Assembly: GCA_035489815.1 (NCBI GenBank)
Contig: DATHJH010000018.1
Span: forward strand, 3,027-67,026
From: Candidatus Limnocylindria bacterium
GTDB lineage: Bacteria > Patescibacteriota > Saccharimonadia > Saccharimonadales > JAGQNK01
Direction: 5' to 3'
DNA: 64,000 bases
The translations under genes were made by a program, and so were the position numbers. Below, one piece after another: positions 17,540-26,829 of the stretch (the first letter of the stretch is position 1; every line of letters begins with the position of its first letter). The notes below the pieces were generated by a model. The model did not search any database. It was not told where the DNA came from and saw only the letters and a list, made by a program, of their open reading frames with translations.

Positions 17540-18142
17540 ATGGATAGACTAAAAAAGCCCGGCAGGAATTTTTTACTGGTGCTCGTCCTGGTCCTTTCAG
17601 TGGCCCTTGTCGGCGTCACTATCTTTGCCTTTACCAGGGACCAGAAACCTGAAAACCAAACTGCTGCTCTGCCTCCTCGGGTCACGATTGCTCCCAGCGG
17701 CATAAAGTATCCATCGTCCTGGGCCGAGGCATCATCAATTGCAACCAGTGAGAAAGAGCTGGGGGTAACCTCGGTTGCAACAAAGGGTGAACCTACCACC
17801 AAAGTCATAGTCCGTGAAAGCAACGGCGACTTGTCAAAAGGGTTGGACCAGGAAAAGCTTCCAGACCAGATAGCCTCAAATCTGGGTCAGCAGGTGGAGG
17901 GTTTTAAACTGGTTGAAAAGAGGACGCTAAAAATTGACAAGCACGATGCTATAAAAGTTGAGTACACGCAGCTCAGCCCAGGCGACCAAAAAGTATACAG
18001 GTACGTAATGTTTATAGTCCCCACTACTCAGAAGACCTACTACATAACCTACTCAAGTGCAGAGGACCTGGCAAAAATAAGCAGCGATATCACCACTATC
18101 AACCAGGCTATCATGCAGCATATAGAGGCTCAGCAGCGATAG
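17540..18142 (+). CDS. Membrane-anchored hypothetical protein
   Basis: N-terminal TM (FLLVLVLVLSVALVGVTIFAF). No motif recognised. Confidence 0.5.
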   Translation: MDRLKKPGRNFLLVLVLVLSVALVGVTIFAFTRDQKPENQTAALPPRVTIAPSGIKYPSSWAEASSIATSEKELGVTSVATKGEPTTKVIVRESNGDLSKGLDQEKLPDQIASNLGQQVEGFKLVEKRTLKIDKHDAIKVEYTQLSPGDQKVYRYVMFIVPTTQKTYYITYSSAEDLAKISSDITTINQAIMQHIEAQQR

Positions 18143-18326
18143 TATCTGGGCTTACCCAGAGCTGACCCACGTCAGCGACTCACGCCCGAAAAGTGGTCTT
18201 GGCCGTGGAGAAAAGATTTGGAATTGGCTCCAGAATGATCTTTATAGCGTATAACACAAAAATTAAGCTATCGCTCTCGTTTGGGTATGCCTGTGAGTAA
18301 TTTATAACCTCTACCTCTAGAAAACT

Positions 18327-18353
18327 AAATCGCCACCAAGTTGGTGGCGATTT
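18327..18353. terminator. 11-bp perfect-stem hairpin, possible bidirectional terminator
   Basis: AAATCGCCACC-AAGTT-GGTGGCGATTT with T-rich tails on both strands. Lies between the convergent genes 17540-18142 (+) and 18513-18998 (-). Confidence 0.55.
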
Positions 18354-18512
18354 GTTAAATCTGTAAGATTCTTCTTGGAAGGCCCAGTTGGCCATAGGTG
18401 GAACACCTTGTATCCCAGTCTGCTCTTGATGTATGAGAAGTTAAAGAAGTTAGGCTTTGTGTATTACGACGGCCAGGTTTCTATAGTGGAACGAGAGGAA
18501 GCCTAGTCGTGC

Positions 18513-18998
18513 CTAAAGTCCCTGTGCTGCTCGTACAATCTGGTCGGCTCTGCTCAAGATTCCTGACGCCTTCGTATCCTGAAGCTCAAGGACAGTTTCT
18601 ACTCGTCCGAATTGCTGATCGTCACCGGTCCAGTCTATGCCGACCCAGTGCCACCGACCATCCGGGCCTATACTCGATTGAGAATCAGGTGCTCTTAGGC
18701 CGTGAAAAAGTACCGTGTCTGGGGCATCCGGGGTTGCTGTCAAGCCCTCATATCCGAAGTGAGCGTAGTGAGCGCCGATTGGTTGACCGTCGTGTTCGTC
18801 TTCTGCTGGTACACGCGTCACAAAACCTCGCGCATTCACTTCGTCTAGGCTCAATGCAACCAAGCCGACGCTACGACGGATTGTTTCGATTGATTCCGCA
18901 GTCAGTTGCGCCACTTCAATTGGTGGTCGATTCATTTCTGGCAGGAATCGCTCTGCTGCTGGTGGAGTGGGAGCACTCCTCCGACCGAATAATGACAT
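18513..18998 (-). CDS. Hypothetical protein (161 aa)
   Basis: The minus-strand ORF has a more protein-like composition than the overlapping plus-strand ORF 18509-19096, which is L/R/S-rich. Confidence 0.4.
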   Translation of the reverse strand: MSLFGRRSAPTPPAAERFLPEMNRPPIEVAQLTAESIETIRRSVGLVALSLDEVNARGFVTRVPAEDEHDGQPIGAHYAHFGYEGLTATPDAPDTVLFHGLRAPDSQSSIGPDGRWHWVGIDWTGDDQQFGRVETVLELQDTKASGILSRADQIVRAAQGL

Positions 18999-19166
18999 AT
19001 ACTCCTCCTCTTTATGCCTCTAAACTACCAGCTTCCCAACAGATTGCAAGCATAAGGTTTGCTCTCGGCTTCCACCAATGGGGTACGAACTCCTGATAAC
19101 AGAGGTGATTCTTGTCAAACAAAAAAACCTACCAAATGGGCACGTTCTTGTGTCTGATATCGAAAT

Positions 19167-19176
19167 TGGAGGGCCA
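19167..19176. repeat. att-like core TGGAGGGCCA (candidate left end of the composite island)
   Basis: Matches the tRNA-Lys 3'-end core TGGAGGGCCCA (53337-53347) and the copy at 26033. Coincides with a visible drop in GC. Confidence 0.4.
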
Positions 19177-19336
19177 CCGAGGAAGTAAGTTATATATTTT
19201 GGCCGATGAACTGATGCGATGGAGGTCGCTGCTAGATACCAGGTTTGTGCAGTATAAGATGGATAAGCGACGCACGAAAGAGTTATATTCCCTGTAAGGG
19301 TTATGGTACCACACTTAGGGCGTATACTGGATTATA

Positions 19337-19837
19337 GTGGAGAATAATAATATATCCCTCGCAGCAGCAATTATTGCAGCAATCTCACTGACCGTATCTT
19401 GGCTAAATTACAGGCGAGATAAGCCGAATGCAAAAGTAATTGTATTCAAAACAGCGCTTATAGGAGGTTCGAGGAATACTGAGCCGCACACCTCGATTAA
19501 CATAACAAACACTGGCCGCCGTCAGCTTACCATAACAGCTATCGGATACCGTATGTTTTGGCGGCCCCAGATGTCTATGGTGCTTCCTAACGCCCCGAAT
19601 ATACCCAAGAAGCTAACGGAAGGAGACAGCATAGTATGTCTCTTAAAGAAAGTAAACGCTTTAGAAAATAGCTCATGGAAAGGAGTAGCCTATGTATTCG
19701 CTTCCGATAGTGCGGGCAAAGAATATCATTGCAATATCGCTCCATCTTATAAAGTCTGGGTATTCAAACTGTATGGCCACCTTATAAACCCTTTACGCAG
19801 GGTAATTGGTAGTTTTAAGCAAAAGGATGACGACTGA
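19337..19837 (+). CDS. Membrane-anchored hypothetical protein
   Basis: GTG start, N-terminal TM (ISLAAAIIAAISLTVSWL). Confidence 0.45.
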   Translation: MENNNISLAAAIIAAISLTVSWLNYRRDKPNAKVIVFKTALIGGSRNTEPHTSINITNTGRRQLTITAIGYRMFWRPQMSMVLPNAPNIPKKLTEGDSIVCLLKKVNALENSSWKGVAYVFASDSAGKEYHCNIAPSYKVWVFKLYGHLINPLRRVIGSFKQKDDD

Positions 19838-19840
19838 GCG

Positions 19841-20437
19841 CTATGCAGATGCCTTAAGCGCAGCCCTCCCAAGCAGCCACAACGAACACACAAACACAAT
19901 TAACTCACGCGGAATATAAACTCTGACACCTGGAATACTATGCACAATCGGCAAAGCACTAATGATAACGGTAGTTACAATCAAGACAATCAATATATAG
20001 TCGAACCGAGCTAAGCCACCTTGTTTTATGAGCCACCATATAGTGGCCAATATACAGATTGTTAGAGCAATCGCAAAACCCCAGTGCGTTGCATAGACAG
20101 TGTGATTGAGTGAATATGACGTGACCGCTACTCCGGTCATACAAGCGGCAAATGCGTAAAAGAACATACTAAGCGACTTTTTGATTAACCTTAGCCGCCA
20201 GCCAATCAGTGCTGTCAAGATAATCGTAATCCCAAAACCGAAGTAATAAGGAATGTAAGTGGACGAAACAGAGCCAAAGTAGCTAACGCCGTATTCATAA
20301 TGCTGAAATACTTCCGGATACAACAATATGCAAATCGCCGCCGTACCAACAAAACTAATGCCAGCACCGATGAGGCAACGTTTGACAAATAGAGAGGCAG
20401 ACTGCCCATTGCCTTTCGTTGCCGTACTCCCACTCAT
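19841..20437 (-). CDS. Multi-pass membrane protein (about 6 TM)
   Basis: 198-aa hydrophobic ORF. Its ATG overlaps the stop of the upstream nucleotidyltransferase gene (ATGA). Confidence 0.55.
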   Translation of the reverse strand: MSGSTATKGNGQSASLFVKRCLIGAGISFVGTAAICILLYPEVFQHYEYGVSYFGSVSSTYIPYYFGFGITIILTALIGWRLRLIKKSLSMFFYAFAACMTGVAVTSYSLNHTVYATHWGFAIALTICILATIWWLIKQGGLARFDYILIVLIVTTVIISALPIVHSIPGVRVYIPRELIVFVCSLWLLGRAALKASA

Positions 20438-21147
20438 ACAATTTCCACATTACCTTGTGCATTAAACACCGCCAGTATCTTTGGCTCAATAAAGGTATCG
20501 AGTAGCGATATATTCTCAAACAGCACATCAATGCTTGGCACCTCGCCGTCTTTACGCTGTGCGTATGCCGCTTCAATTACGCGACGATACTCCGGCTCCA
20601 CAACAAGCTCACCTGAAAGCTCGTAGATTTCCTCGTAGCCAAGTGGGAATGTTTTAAGCTCAAGTATTTCAAGGCAGCGCAGCCCAAAAAGACACGACTT
20701 ACTAAACTCCTCCATGCTTGTCTGCATATCACCAGTTCGGTAAGACAATATAGCGGCAAGTGCCATGCCTATGTCGAAGCGCAAACGCTGTATGAGGTCA
20801 AGTATGGTAATAGGCGGCGGAGGGATTTGCTCAACAAGATGCTCTCCAGCAATGGTCTGACCGCCCTTAACAATTTCACGCATATAAATAGACTTTTGGA
20901 ATACATGACCAAAAGTGCCGCGCGATAACTCTCCCCACTTGAAAGGGTACGTCTTAACCTGTGGATTTGATATGGCAGCATGAATGTTGCTACGCTGCAC
21001 ATATTTGTCATCATCAAAAATAACGCCGATTTCATAGTCACTGTCGGGCTTAGCGTCGCCACGACCACGCGAACCATACAGAAAAACGGACTTAGGCTTA
21101 AATTGTGCAAGCTTATCCAGCGTATCAGTAATTATGGTGTCATTCAT
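20434..21147 (-). CDS. Pol-beta superfamily nucleotidyltransferase (KNTase/MNT-like) with helical C-terminal domain
   Basis: FLYGSRGRGDAKPDSDYEIGVIF matches the GSxxxGx(5)SDxD/E NTase motif. The C-terminal half is predicted to be helical. Confidence 0.7.
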   Translation of the reverse strand: MNDTIITDTLDKLAQFKPKSVFLYGSRGRGDAKPDSDYEIGVIFDDDKYVQRSNIHAAISNPQVKTYPFKWGELSRGTFGHVFQKSIYMREIVKGGQTIAGEHLVEQIPPPPITILDLIQRLRFDIGMALAAILSYRTGDMQTSMEEFSKSCLFGLRCLEILELKTFPLGYEEIYELSGELVVEPEYRRVIEAAYAQRKDGEVPSIDVLFENISLLDTFIEPKILAVFNAQGNVEIV

Positions 21148-21161
21148 TTTTCTATAATACC

Positions 21162-22631
21162 TTACGCCAATAAGAAATACTCTAGCGGCACATACAGCAC
21201 CTTGTTGGCTGTGTCTACCGACAATGGACGGTCAGTTACAACCATGCCGTACTTACCATTCAAGTCTTCCAGCGTCTGTACAGCCTGTCTGTTGGTCGTC
21301 TTCTTCACGCCAACCTCAAGCGACATTGCGTCTTTCTTCTCGCCGGTAGCAGAAATGATGAAGTCAGCACCGCCTTTGGCAGTATCGTACTCAACAACAG
21401 CCTTTTTTTGAGCGTCAATAAATATCCGTTTCAGGTACATGCCTACAATGTCTTCTAGAAGTTGGCCGCGCAGCTTCGACCTGCTATCATCCTCAACTTT
21501 TATTGCGCCACCGCTATTCACTAGAGCCAAGCGCATGGCCGGAGATGTGAACAAGTATTTGTACGGCTTAGTAACCCTACCAAAGCTGGCACCCTTTGGC
21601 TTGATAGCGGTCACTATCTCTGTTTTCTCCAATTCGTCAAAGATACTTCGTACAGTTCTGATGTGAATACTAAGCGTACGCGACAGCGAATCCATGCTTA
21701 TCTGTTCTGAGTGTGCCAGTATGAAAAGCAGCCTGGGTAGTATGGCTACTGTTTGCTTATCGAATTTAGCCAACGCATCCACATCGCGGGCAAGCACTTC
21801 GCTAAGAGTCTGATAAATACGCGCCCAGATGACAGATTCGTTTGGAAGCGTGAGAGTAAAGGGCAATGTGCCATACGAGAAGTATTTTTTGATTAAATCT
21901 GCCTTATCGAGACCCTTCCAATACTCTTTAACCCCCGGTTGTAGTGCAGCAAGCCCGGTATACACTTGCGTGACGTTCTTTGAGTTAAACAGAGCCTCAC
22001 GGACTCCACTGCCGACACCCTTAACAGGGTATTTTATGCGCTGGTCGTGATGAGCCTGTTCCATCATTACGAACTCGGTAAAACAAAGTGGATGTATCTT
22101 TATCACATCAGAGCGCCGTGCAATATCGGGGTTAGTTTGTAGCATTATGGCGGATGAGCCAGTACAGATTATGAATAGTTTCTTAGCTCGGTCAGAGATT
22201 GTCTTAAGTACCAAAGCCCAGTCGTCCAGGTACTGCACTTCATCTAACAAAATAAATACCGGCTTTTCGCTATCTTCAATCTTGCCCCCGATAACTTCCT
22301 CGATTACGGCGACAACATCTATCATGCGTCCACCTACGGATTTAACCTTATCAAGTGATAGGTAGAACTTCTGGAATGGCTCTAACTCAGGGCTATTGTA
22401 GAGCTGTGTCAGCATCGTAGTCTTACCCGTACCGCGCAAGCCAGGCATCACAATCCACTCCCTTGAGGTAGTCCCAGCCAAGAACTGACGTACATGTTGC
22501 TGCACGTCCAGAAATGCCCGGCGCTGTATTCCACTATTAGCAGTATTGGCACGCATCCACTCCAACGCACTCACTGGAGCTTGGACCAACATTTCAACTA
22601 GGTATTGCTTTATCTCAGGGGTCATATTCAC
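21162..22631 (-). CDS. AAA_14-type ATPase with DUF4143-like C-terminal domain
   Basis: Walker A GLRGTGKTTML and Walker B ILLDEVQYL. The length and C-terminal region are typical of the AAA_14+DUF4143 family. Confidence 0.8.
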   Translation of the reverse strand: MNMTPEIKQYLVEMLVQAPVSALEWMRANTANSGIQRRAFLDVQQHVRQFLAGTTSREWIVMPGLRGTGKTTMLTQLYNSPELEPFQKFYLSLDKVKSVGGRMIDVVAVIEEVIGGKIEDSEKPVFILLDEVQYLDDWALVLKTISDRAKKLFIICTGSSAIMLQTNPDIARRSDVIKIHPLCFTEFVMMEQAHHDQRIKYPVKGVGSGVREALFNSKNVTQVYTGLAALQPGVKEYWKGLDKADLIKKYFSYGTLPFTLTLPNESVIWARIYQTLSEVLARDVDALAKFDKQTVAILPRLLFILAHSEQISMDSLSRTLSIHIRTVRSIFDELEKTEIVTAIKPKGASFGRVTKPYKYLFTSPAMRLALVNSGGAIKVEDDSRSKLRGQLLEDIVGMYLKRIFIDAQKKAVVEYDTAKGGADFIISATGEKKDAMSLEVGVKKTTNRQAVQTLEDLNGKYGMVVTDRPLSVDTANKVLYVPLEYFLLA

Positions 22632-22808
22632 TATGGTACTCTACTGCCATAGTCCTGTCAATACCTATGGCACTGTAATGCCATAGAGGCAGTTTTACAC
22701 AGATATAACAGATACGGCAGCCAAAGTACGTCTGTAGCATTAAAGCTTGTCAAATAGCATCATACACAGCTCAAACGGGATTTTTAAGGTAAGCCTTGAG
22801 TCATCTCG

Positions 22809-23063
22809 ATGGCGACTATATGCTTAGGCTATATGGAAGTGCTATCACAGGCAGCAAAGAACCGAACCGATATGGCCAGGATAAAGCAGCTTTACGCCAC
22901 AGGCACAATCACACGGCCACAGGCAAAAGCAATGGCACAGCCGATACTGGATAGAATCAACAAAAGTACGGCAACAAAAACAGCCGAGCTTAACCGCAAA
23001 TACGATTTACGTCGCAAGCCTGCACTACTAAGCTTCGTAAGCGCCATGCGCAACGAGTACTAA
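22809..23063 (+). CDS. Hypothetical small protein
   Basis: 84-aa ORF. No motif recognised. Confidence 0.35.
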   Translation: MATICLGYMEVLSQAAKNRTDMARIKQLYATGTITRPQAKAMAQPILDRINKSTATKTAELNRKYDLRRKPALLSFVSAMRNEY

Positions 23064-23065
23064 GC

Positions 23066-23344
23066 GTGGCAATCACCCGTCTACCACCTAATACAACAGA
23101 CACAAGTACACTTACCTGCGCAATTTGCAGCGTCCAGCTACCACTTTCCAAAGCCACTGCCGGATTACTAAACGGAAAAGGCTACCAGGCATTCGCTTGC
23201 GTATCCCACTTTAGCGAAGTTGAAAAGCTCATTAGCGGCTGGGCTGATTTTATGGCGATTGAACGGTACAAGTACCTGCGCGAAGACCAAGAACCTCAAG
23301 CCTTAATATATGGAGCAGACCGTCTTGCACGGTTTGATTCTTGA
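23066..23344 (+). CDS. Hypothetical small protein with Cys/His cluster
   Basis: GTG start 3 nt after the previous stop. CAICS...ACVSH may form a zinc site. Confidence 0.4.
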   Translation: MAITRLPPNTTDTSTLTCAICSVQLPLSKATAGLLNGKGYQAFACVSHFSEVEKLISGWADFMAIERYKYLREDQEPQALIYGADRLARFDS

Positions 23345-23771
23345 AGAACACTCATTTGGTGCTAACCCTGGCACAAAAGACCTAGCGCGACACTTATTTA
23401 CTAGAATGTACTGCGGCAAAGTGGTTATTATCGCCAACAATCCACTGGGAACACTGGCAGCACTACGCAAGCAGTGGCTGAAATTAGCACGAAAAGCACA
23501 GAAAGAAACAGCGAGTACCCTGAACGCTACCAGAACCTACGAGCTTAACCAGTTAATCATCAAAATGCACACGTTACAGTTCACCGCTAAGTGGCCGCAG
23601 ATAGATTACCCGGCAGATGTGTATGTGATTAGTGTTCAGCAGGCGCTACAATGGCCGCCAGAGCCAAGCTGCCGCACCCTTTACGTCACTTGCGATACCG
23701 AACGGCTATACCTGACTACGAGTTGGCTAGATACAGGCGGGTTGGTAGTCATATGCAAGTTAGCCACTTAA
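23310..23771 (+). CDS. Hypothetical protein, paralog of 27644-28018
   Basis: C-terminal CRTLYVTCD...GGLVVI aligns with CRTMYIACN...GGTVVI of the module-B ORF. Confidence 0.45.
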   Translation: MEQTVLHGLILEEHSFGANPGTKDLARHLFTRMYCGKVVIIANNPLGTLAALRKQWLKLARKAQKETASTLNATRTYELNQLIIKMHTLQFTAKWPQIDYPADVYVISVQQALQWPPEPSCRTLYVTCDTERLYLTTSWLDTGGLVVICKLAT

Positions 23772-23793
23772 TTCCTGCTGCTATACTTAAAAG

Positions 23794-24024
23794 GTGAAAA
23801 AGACTAAAGAAGTTATCTTAAATATCATAAAGTTGGGCGTGCTTTTTTTTGGTATTACAAGAGTATTCAGGGGATTTGAGTTGCTGGCTAGTGAAGATGA
23901 CTTTTATCTTGGCACTACTTTGATACTGTTTTGGGGCATTGTAGTCATTGGACTCATCTATTTTGAACGAAAGAAAAAGAAAAAACAGGAAGAAAAAGAG
24001 CGAATAGCTTACTGGGGAGAGTAG
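23794..24024 (+). CDS. Small 2-TM membrane protein
   Basis: Two hydrophobic segments and a KKKKKQEEKE tail. Confidence 0.45.
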   Translation: MKKTKEVILNIIKLGVLFFGITRVFRGFELLASEDDFYLGTTLILFWGIVVIGLIYFERKKKKKQEEKERIAYWGE

Positions 24025-24280
24025 CTGACTTTCTATTCAGAATGTATTTTATTCCACTACAAATATGTGTTGCATAAGGGTGTTTGCAAGTTTTACACTT
24101 CCTACAGCGCTTCCATAGGGGCTTAAAGCTTTAACACTCTCATTAAAATAAGAACTAAAGTCATCGGGTTAAATCTACCCAGCGTTCCAGCCTACTTAGT
24201 TCTGAGCAGCACACCTTAAATATCGCCACACTAGCGTCTGGTGTTATTTGTTGTGGGTTGCAGAGAGAGTGGTGCAAATC

Positions 24281-24418
24281 ATGCCCCAGGAGCATGAATC
24301 CTTAAAACAAAAAGTGACAAAAGCAGAATATAACCAGGCCTTCGACGAGTTGGCTGCTTTGCTATTCCGGCAATACAGGAAAAAGAAGCAAGCAGAATTA
24401 ACCAACGATTCCCCTTGA
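24281..24418 (+). CDS. Possible 45-aa protein upstream of recombinase A
   Basis: Translates as MPQEHESLKQKVTKAEYNQAFDELAALLFRQYRKKKQAELTNDSP. Below the ORF-track cutoff. Its position is analogous to the small ORF upstream of recombinase B. Confidence 0.25.
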   Translation: MPQEHESLKQKVTKAEYNQAFDELAALLFRQYRKKKQAELTNDSP

Positions 24419-24470
24419 CATGTTGAATGTATTGTTTCAGAAAGTATAATTACATGCAGGAGCAGCCCAA

Positions 24471-26156
24471 ATGGTTATAAAAAGAGAGAAAGCAATCGCG
24501 CTATGTCGCGTATCAACAAAAGGTCAATTACTAGACGGCAACCTTGAGCCACAAACAGAAAGCGTTAATAAGGCAGCAGGGCTACTTAATGTAGAACTCG
24601 CTAAGATTTGGGCGCTGGCCGTATCAAGTCGTAAAGGCAAGAACCTACAGCGCAAAGACCTGCTAGAGATGCTGGAGTATTGCAAACGCTACAGGTCGGT
24701 AAAGTACCTTATCGTAGACGAGGTAGACCGTTTTATGCGCTCAATTAAGGAATACTACTGGTGGAAAGTAGAGTTTGAAAGGGTCGGCGTCCAGATTCGC
24801 TTTGCTATACACCCCCTTGTTGACCCTGAAGAAGACCGTGCCGTTTTCGATGAGCTTATTGACATCTACCGTGCAGAGCAGAGTAACAACGAGCGCATCA
24901 AAAAGACGCCAGAAAAAATGATGGCAAAAATAAGAGCCGGGTACTTCCCGAGCAACCCACACACAGGCTACAAGATTTCTGATATTCCTGGCTTGCATGT
25001 TCCCGATGAGCCAAACTGGTCTGCCCTGCGCAACGCCTTCAAAGCCATGATTGCTGGCGAATGTGATATTAGTGAAGGTCTAAAACGTGCCACAAGTGAC
25101 GGTCTGCGCACAAAGAATTACGGACCAAAAGCAGTGGGCGGCAAAAAGATAGATATGTACCGATGGAAATACCTGATGACCGATGACTACTACTGTGGCA
25201 CTGTGAGGCTTGCAGATTGGCCGGAAGTAAATCCAAACGGTTTGCACCAGCCCATGATTACGCCGGAGGAACATACGGTCTTAGTTGCATTGGTCAAGAA
25301 TAAGGGCAAATGCTTCATTGTAAATCGCAACAACCCAGATTTTCTACTATCCAACGAAACCGAATGTGCAGACTGCGTCCTAAGCAATGCCCCATACCCC
25401 AGACTGGTCGGCTACTGGCAGAATAACGGCAAGGCAAAGGGCTATAAACGGTATAGACGCTACCGATGCCGCTCCTGCAATCTTGGAGTAAGACAGGAGG
25501 CACTTCATCAAGGACTGACCGGTGAATTGGCGCAACTGACCCTCACACAACTACAAAAAGAAAAACTGAAAGAACATCTACGCAGGGTTTGGTCTGCTTA
25601 CGAGACCGAGCGCATTGAAAGAGCCAGAATCGCATTAGGTAAGGCGCAAATCCTCAAAGACCAAAAAGCCAACGCTATGGATAGTTACCTAGCAGAACAA
25701 GACCCAAGCATGAAAACAGACATTAAGGAAAAGGTCGAAGCAATAAAGGCCGACATCATCGAAGCCGAAAAAGCTGCCGCAGAAGCACAGAACTTTGAGC
25801 GAGACTTTAGCGAGTTCATTGATTTCGCCTTTGACCTTATGGACAACCTTGATACCGAATGGTGGCAGCAGGACAAGGCAACGATGCGGTTATATAAACA
25901 TATCCTGTTTCCGGCCGGAATACAGCTTACTCAGGAGAAAAAAGTTTATATACCTCAAATTAGCGTCATTTATTCCTATGGAAATGAAAAACAGCCCCCA
26001 AAGGAGGCTGAAGTTACTAAAGTGGAGGGCCCAGTGGGACTCGGTCACGTCCCGCGACCCCGGAACTTCGCGATTGCCAACCAGTTGGCATCGGAAGATT
26101 CCCTTGCGAACAGCCACAGGCTGTTCTCACCCACGACACCCTTTGGCGTGTCGTGA
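24471..26156 (+). CDS. Large serine recombinase (integrase A)
   Basis: N-terminal resolvase motif AIALCRVSTKGQ, a recombinase domain, a Cys-rich zinc-ribbon region (CADC...CRSC) and a C-terminal coiled coil. The last codons read through the tRNA-like sequence. Confidence 0.9.
   Translation: MVIKREKAIALCRVSTKGQLLDGNLEPQTESVNKAAGLLNVELAKIWALAVSSRKGKNLQRKDLLEMLEYCKRYRSVKYLIVDEVDRFMRSIKEYYWWKVEFERVGVQIRFAIHPLVDPEEDRAVFDELIDIYRAEQSNNERIKKTPEKMMAKIRAGYFPSNPHTGYKISDIPGLHVPDEPNWSALRNAFKAMIAGECDISEGLKRATSDGLRTKNYGPKAVGGKKIDMYRWKYLMTDDYYCGTVRLADWPEVNPNGLHQPMITPEEHTVLVALVKNKGKCFIVNRNNPDFLLSNETECADCVLSNAPYPRLVGYWQNNGKAKGYKRYRRYRCRSCNLGVRQEALHQGLTGELAQLTLTQLQKEKLKEHLRRVWSAYETERIERARIALGKAQILKDQKANAMDSYLAEQDPSMKTDIKEKVEAIKADIIEAEKAAAEAQNFERDFSEFIDFAFDLMDNLDTEWWQQDKATMRLYKHILFPAGIQLTQEKKVYIPQISVIYSYGNEKQPPKEAEVTKVEGPVGLGHVPRPRNFAIANQLASEDSLANSHRLFSPTTPFGVS
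26033..26152 (-). repeat. tRNA-Lys 3'-fragment (att junction) split by an 85-nt insertion at the T-loop
   Basis: 26033-26053 is identical to 53337-53357 (21 nt) and 26139-26152 is identical to 53359-53372 (14 nt). The single A of the intact gene is replaced by 26054-26138. Confidence 0.85.
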
Positions 26157-26177
26157 GTTCAAGACGCAATAAAACAA

Positions 26178-26218
26178 CCACGAAAAAAGCCGACCGCGAG
26201 GGTCGACTGTTTTCGTGG
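26178..26218 (+). terminator. Terminator-like hairpin after integrase A, overlapping another TGGAGGGC core
   Basis: CCACGAAAA (26178-26186) pairs with TTTTCGTGG (26210-26218), with inner stem CGACC/GGTCG. TGGAGGGC lies at 26215-26222. Confidence 0.4.
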
Positions 26219-26358
26219 AGGGCTCACATATACTTTTTTGAAACCCCAGCCTAACGATGATCTTATTAAAGATTTGATCTTACTATATACCAGGTTGGTT
26301 GATCTCGGTATGGAGTATCGTAACGGCAAGGTCTATCTCGCAGACTTGGAGGAAAAGG

Positions 26359-26829
26359 ATGTTTAGGCGACGTGCGTTTCCCACTTCAAGTCTCTATGAT
26401 CATGATACGTTTTATAAGGCATTCATGCGAGATATGAGTCACGCAAGAAAGCAACTCATCATAGAAAGTCCGTTTATCACAAGCAAACGGGTGTATAGGT
26501 TATTGCCGATCTTGAAAGATTTACGAAAGCGCGGTGTTGAAATTATTATCAATACCCGCGATCCCGAAGAACACGATGATGAGGCATACCAGGTACAAGC
26601 CGCCGAAGCTGTGGCATTGTTTCATATGTTAGATATAGTGGTACTCCATACTGGTAGACTCCACAGAAAGTTAGCTATCATAGACGGCCAAATTGTATGG
26701 GAGGGCAGCCTGAACATATTATCGTTTAGTGATAGCTGTGAGATAATGAGGCGGATTCACTCAGACGTAGAGGCGCGTACGCTCATTGCCTTTATTAAGC
26801 TAGAGAAGTTTACAGGACTCACATCATGA
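26359..26829 (+). CDS. PLD-family (HKD) nuclease, Nuc-like
   Basis: HKD motif HRKLAIIDGQIVWEGSLN. GGAGG RBS lies before the ATG at 26359. Confidence 0.8.
   Translation: MFRRRAFPTSSLYDHDTFYKAFMRDMSHARKQLIIESPFITSKRVYRLLPILKDLRKRGVEIIINTRDPEEHDDEAYQVQAAEAVALFHMLDIVVLHTGRLHRKLAIIDGQIVWEGSLNILSFSDSCEIMRRIHSDVEARTLIAFIKLEKFTGLTS

Larger units (their letters stand above)
19167..26053. mobile_element. Integrated module A (about 6.9 kb) ending in a large serine recombinase
   Basis: Bounded by TGGAGGGC-type cores at 19167 and 26033. AT-richer than the left flank. The recombinase gene lies at the right end and runs into the tRNA-like sequence. Confidence 0.5.

Noticed and set aside
18376-18391. TGGAAGGCCCAGTTGG as the left att site of the island
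   Set aside because: It matches the tRNA 3' core at only 14 of 16 positions and lies left of a GC-rich, core-like gene (18513-18998). The exact 10-mer at 19167 coincides better with the compositional break. It is kept as an alternative in the island finding.
18509-19096. 195-aa plus-strand ORF overlapping the 161-aa minus-strand ORF
   Set aside because: The plus-strand product is L/R/S/P-rich and looks like a shadow frame. The minus-strand product has balanced composition. Neither has a recognisable family, so the choice carries low confidence.
24414-24450. TTGACA ... TATAAT as the promoter of integrase A
   Set aside because: The spacing between the two hexamers is about 24 nt, too long for a sigma70-type promoter.
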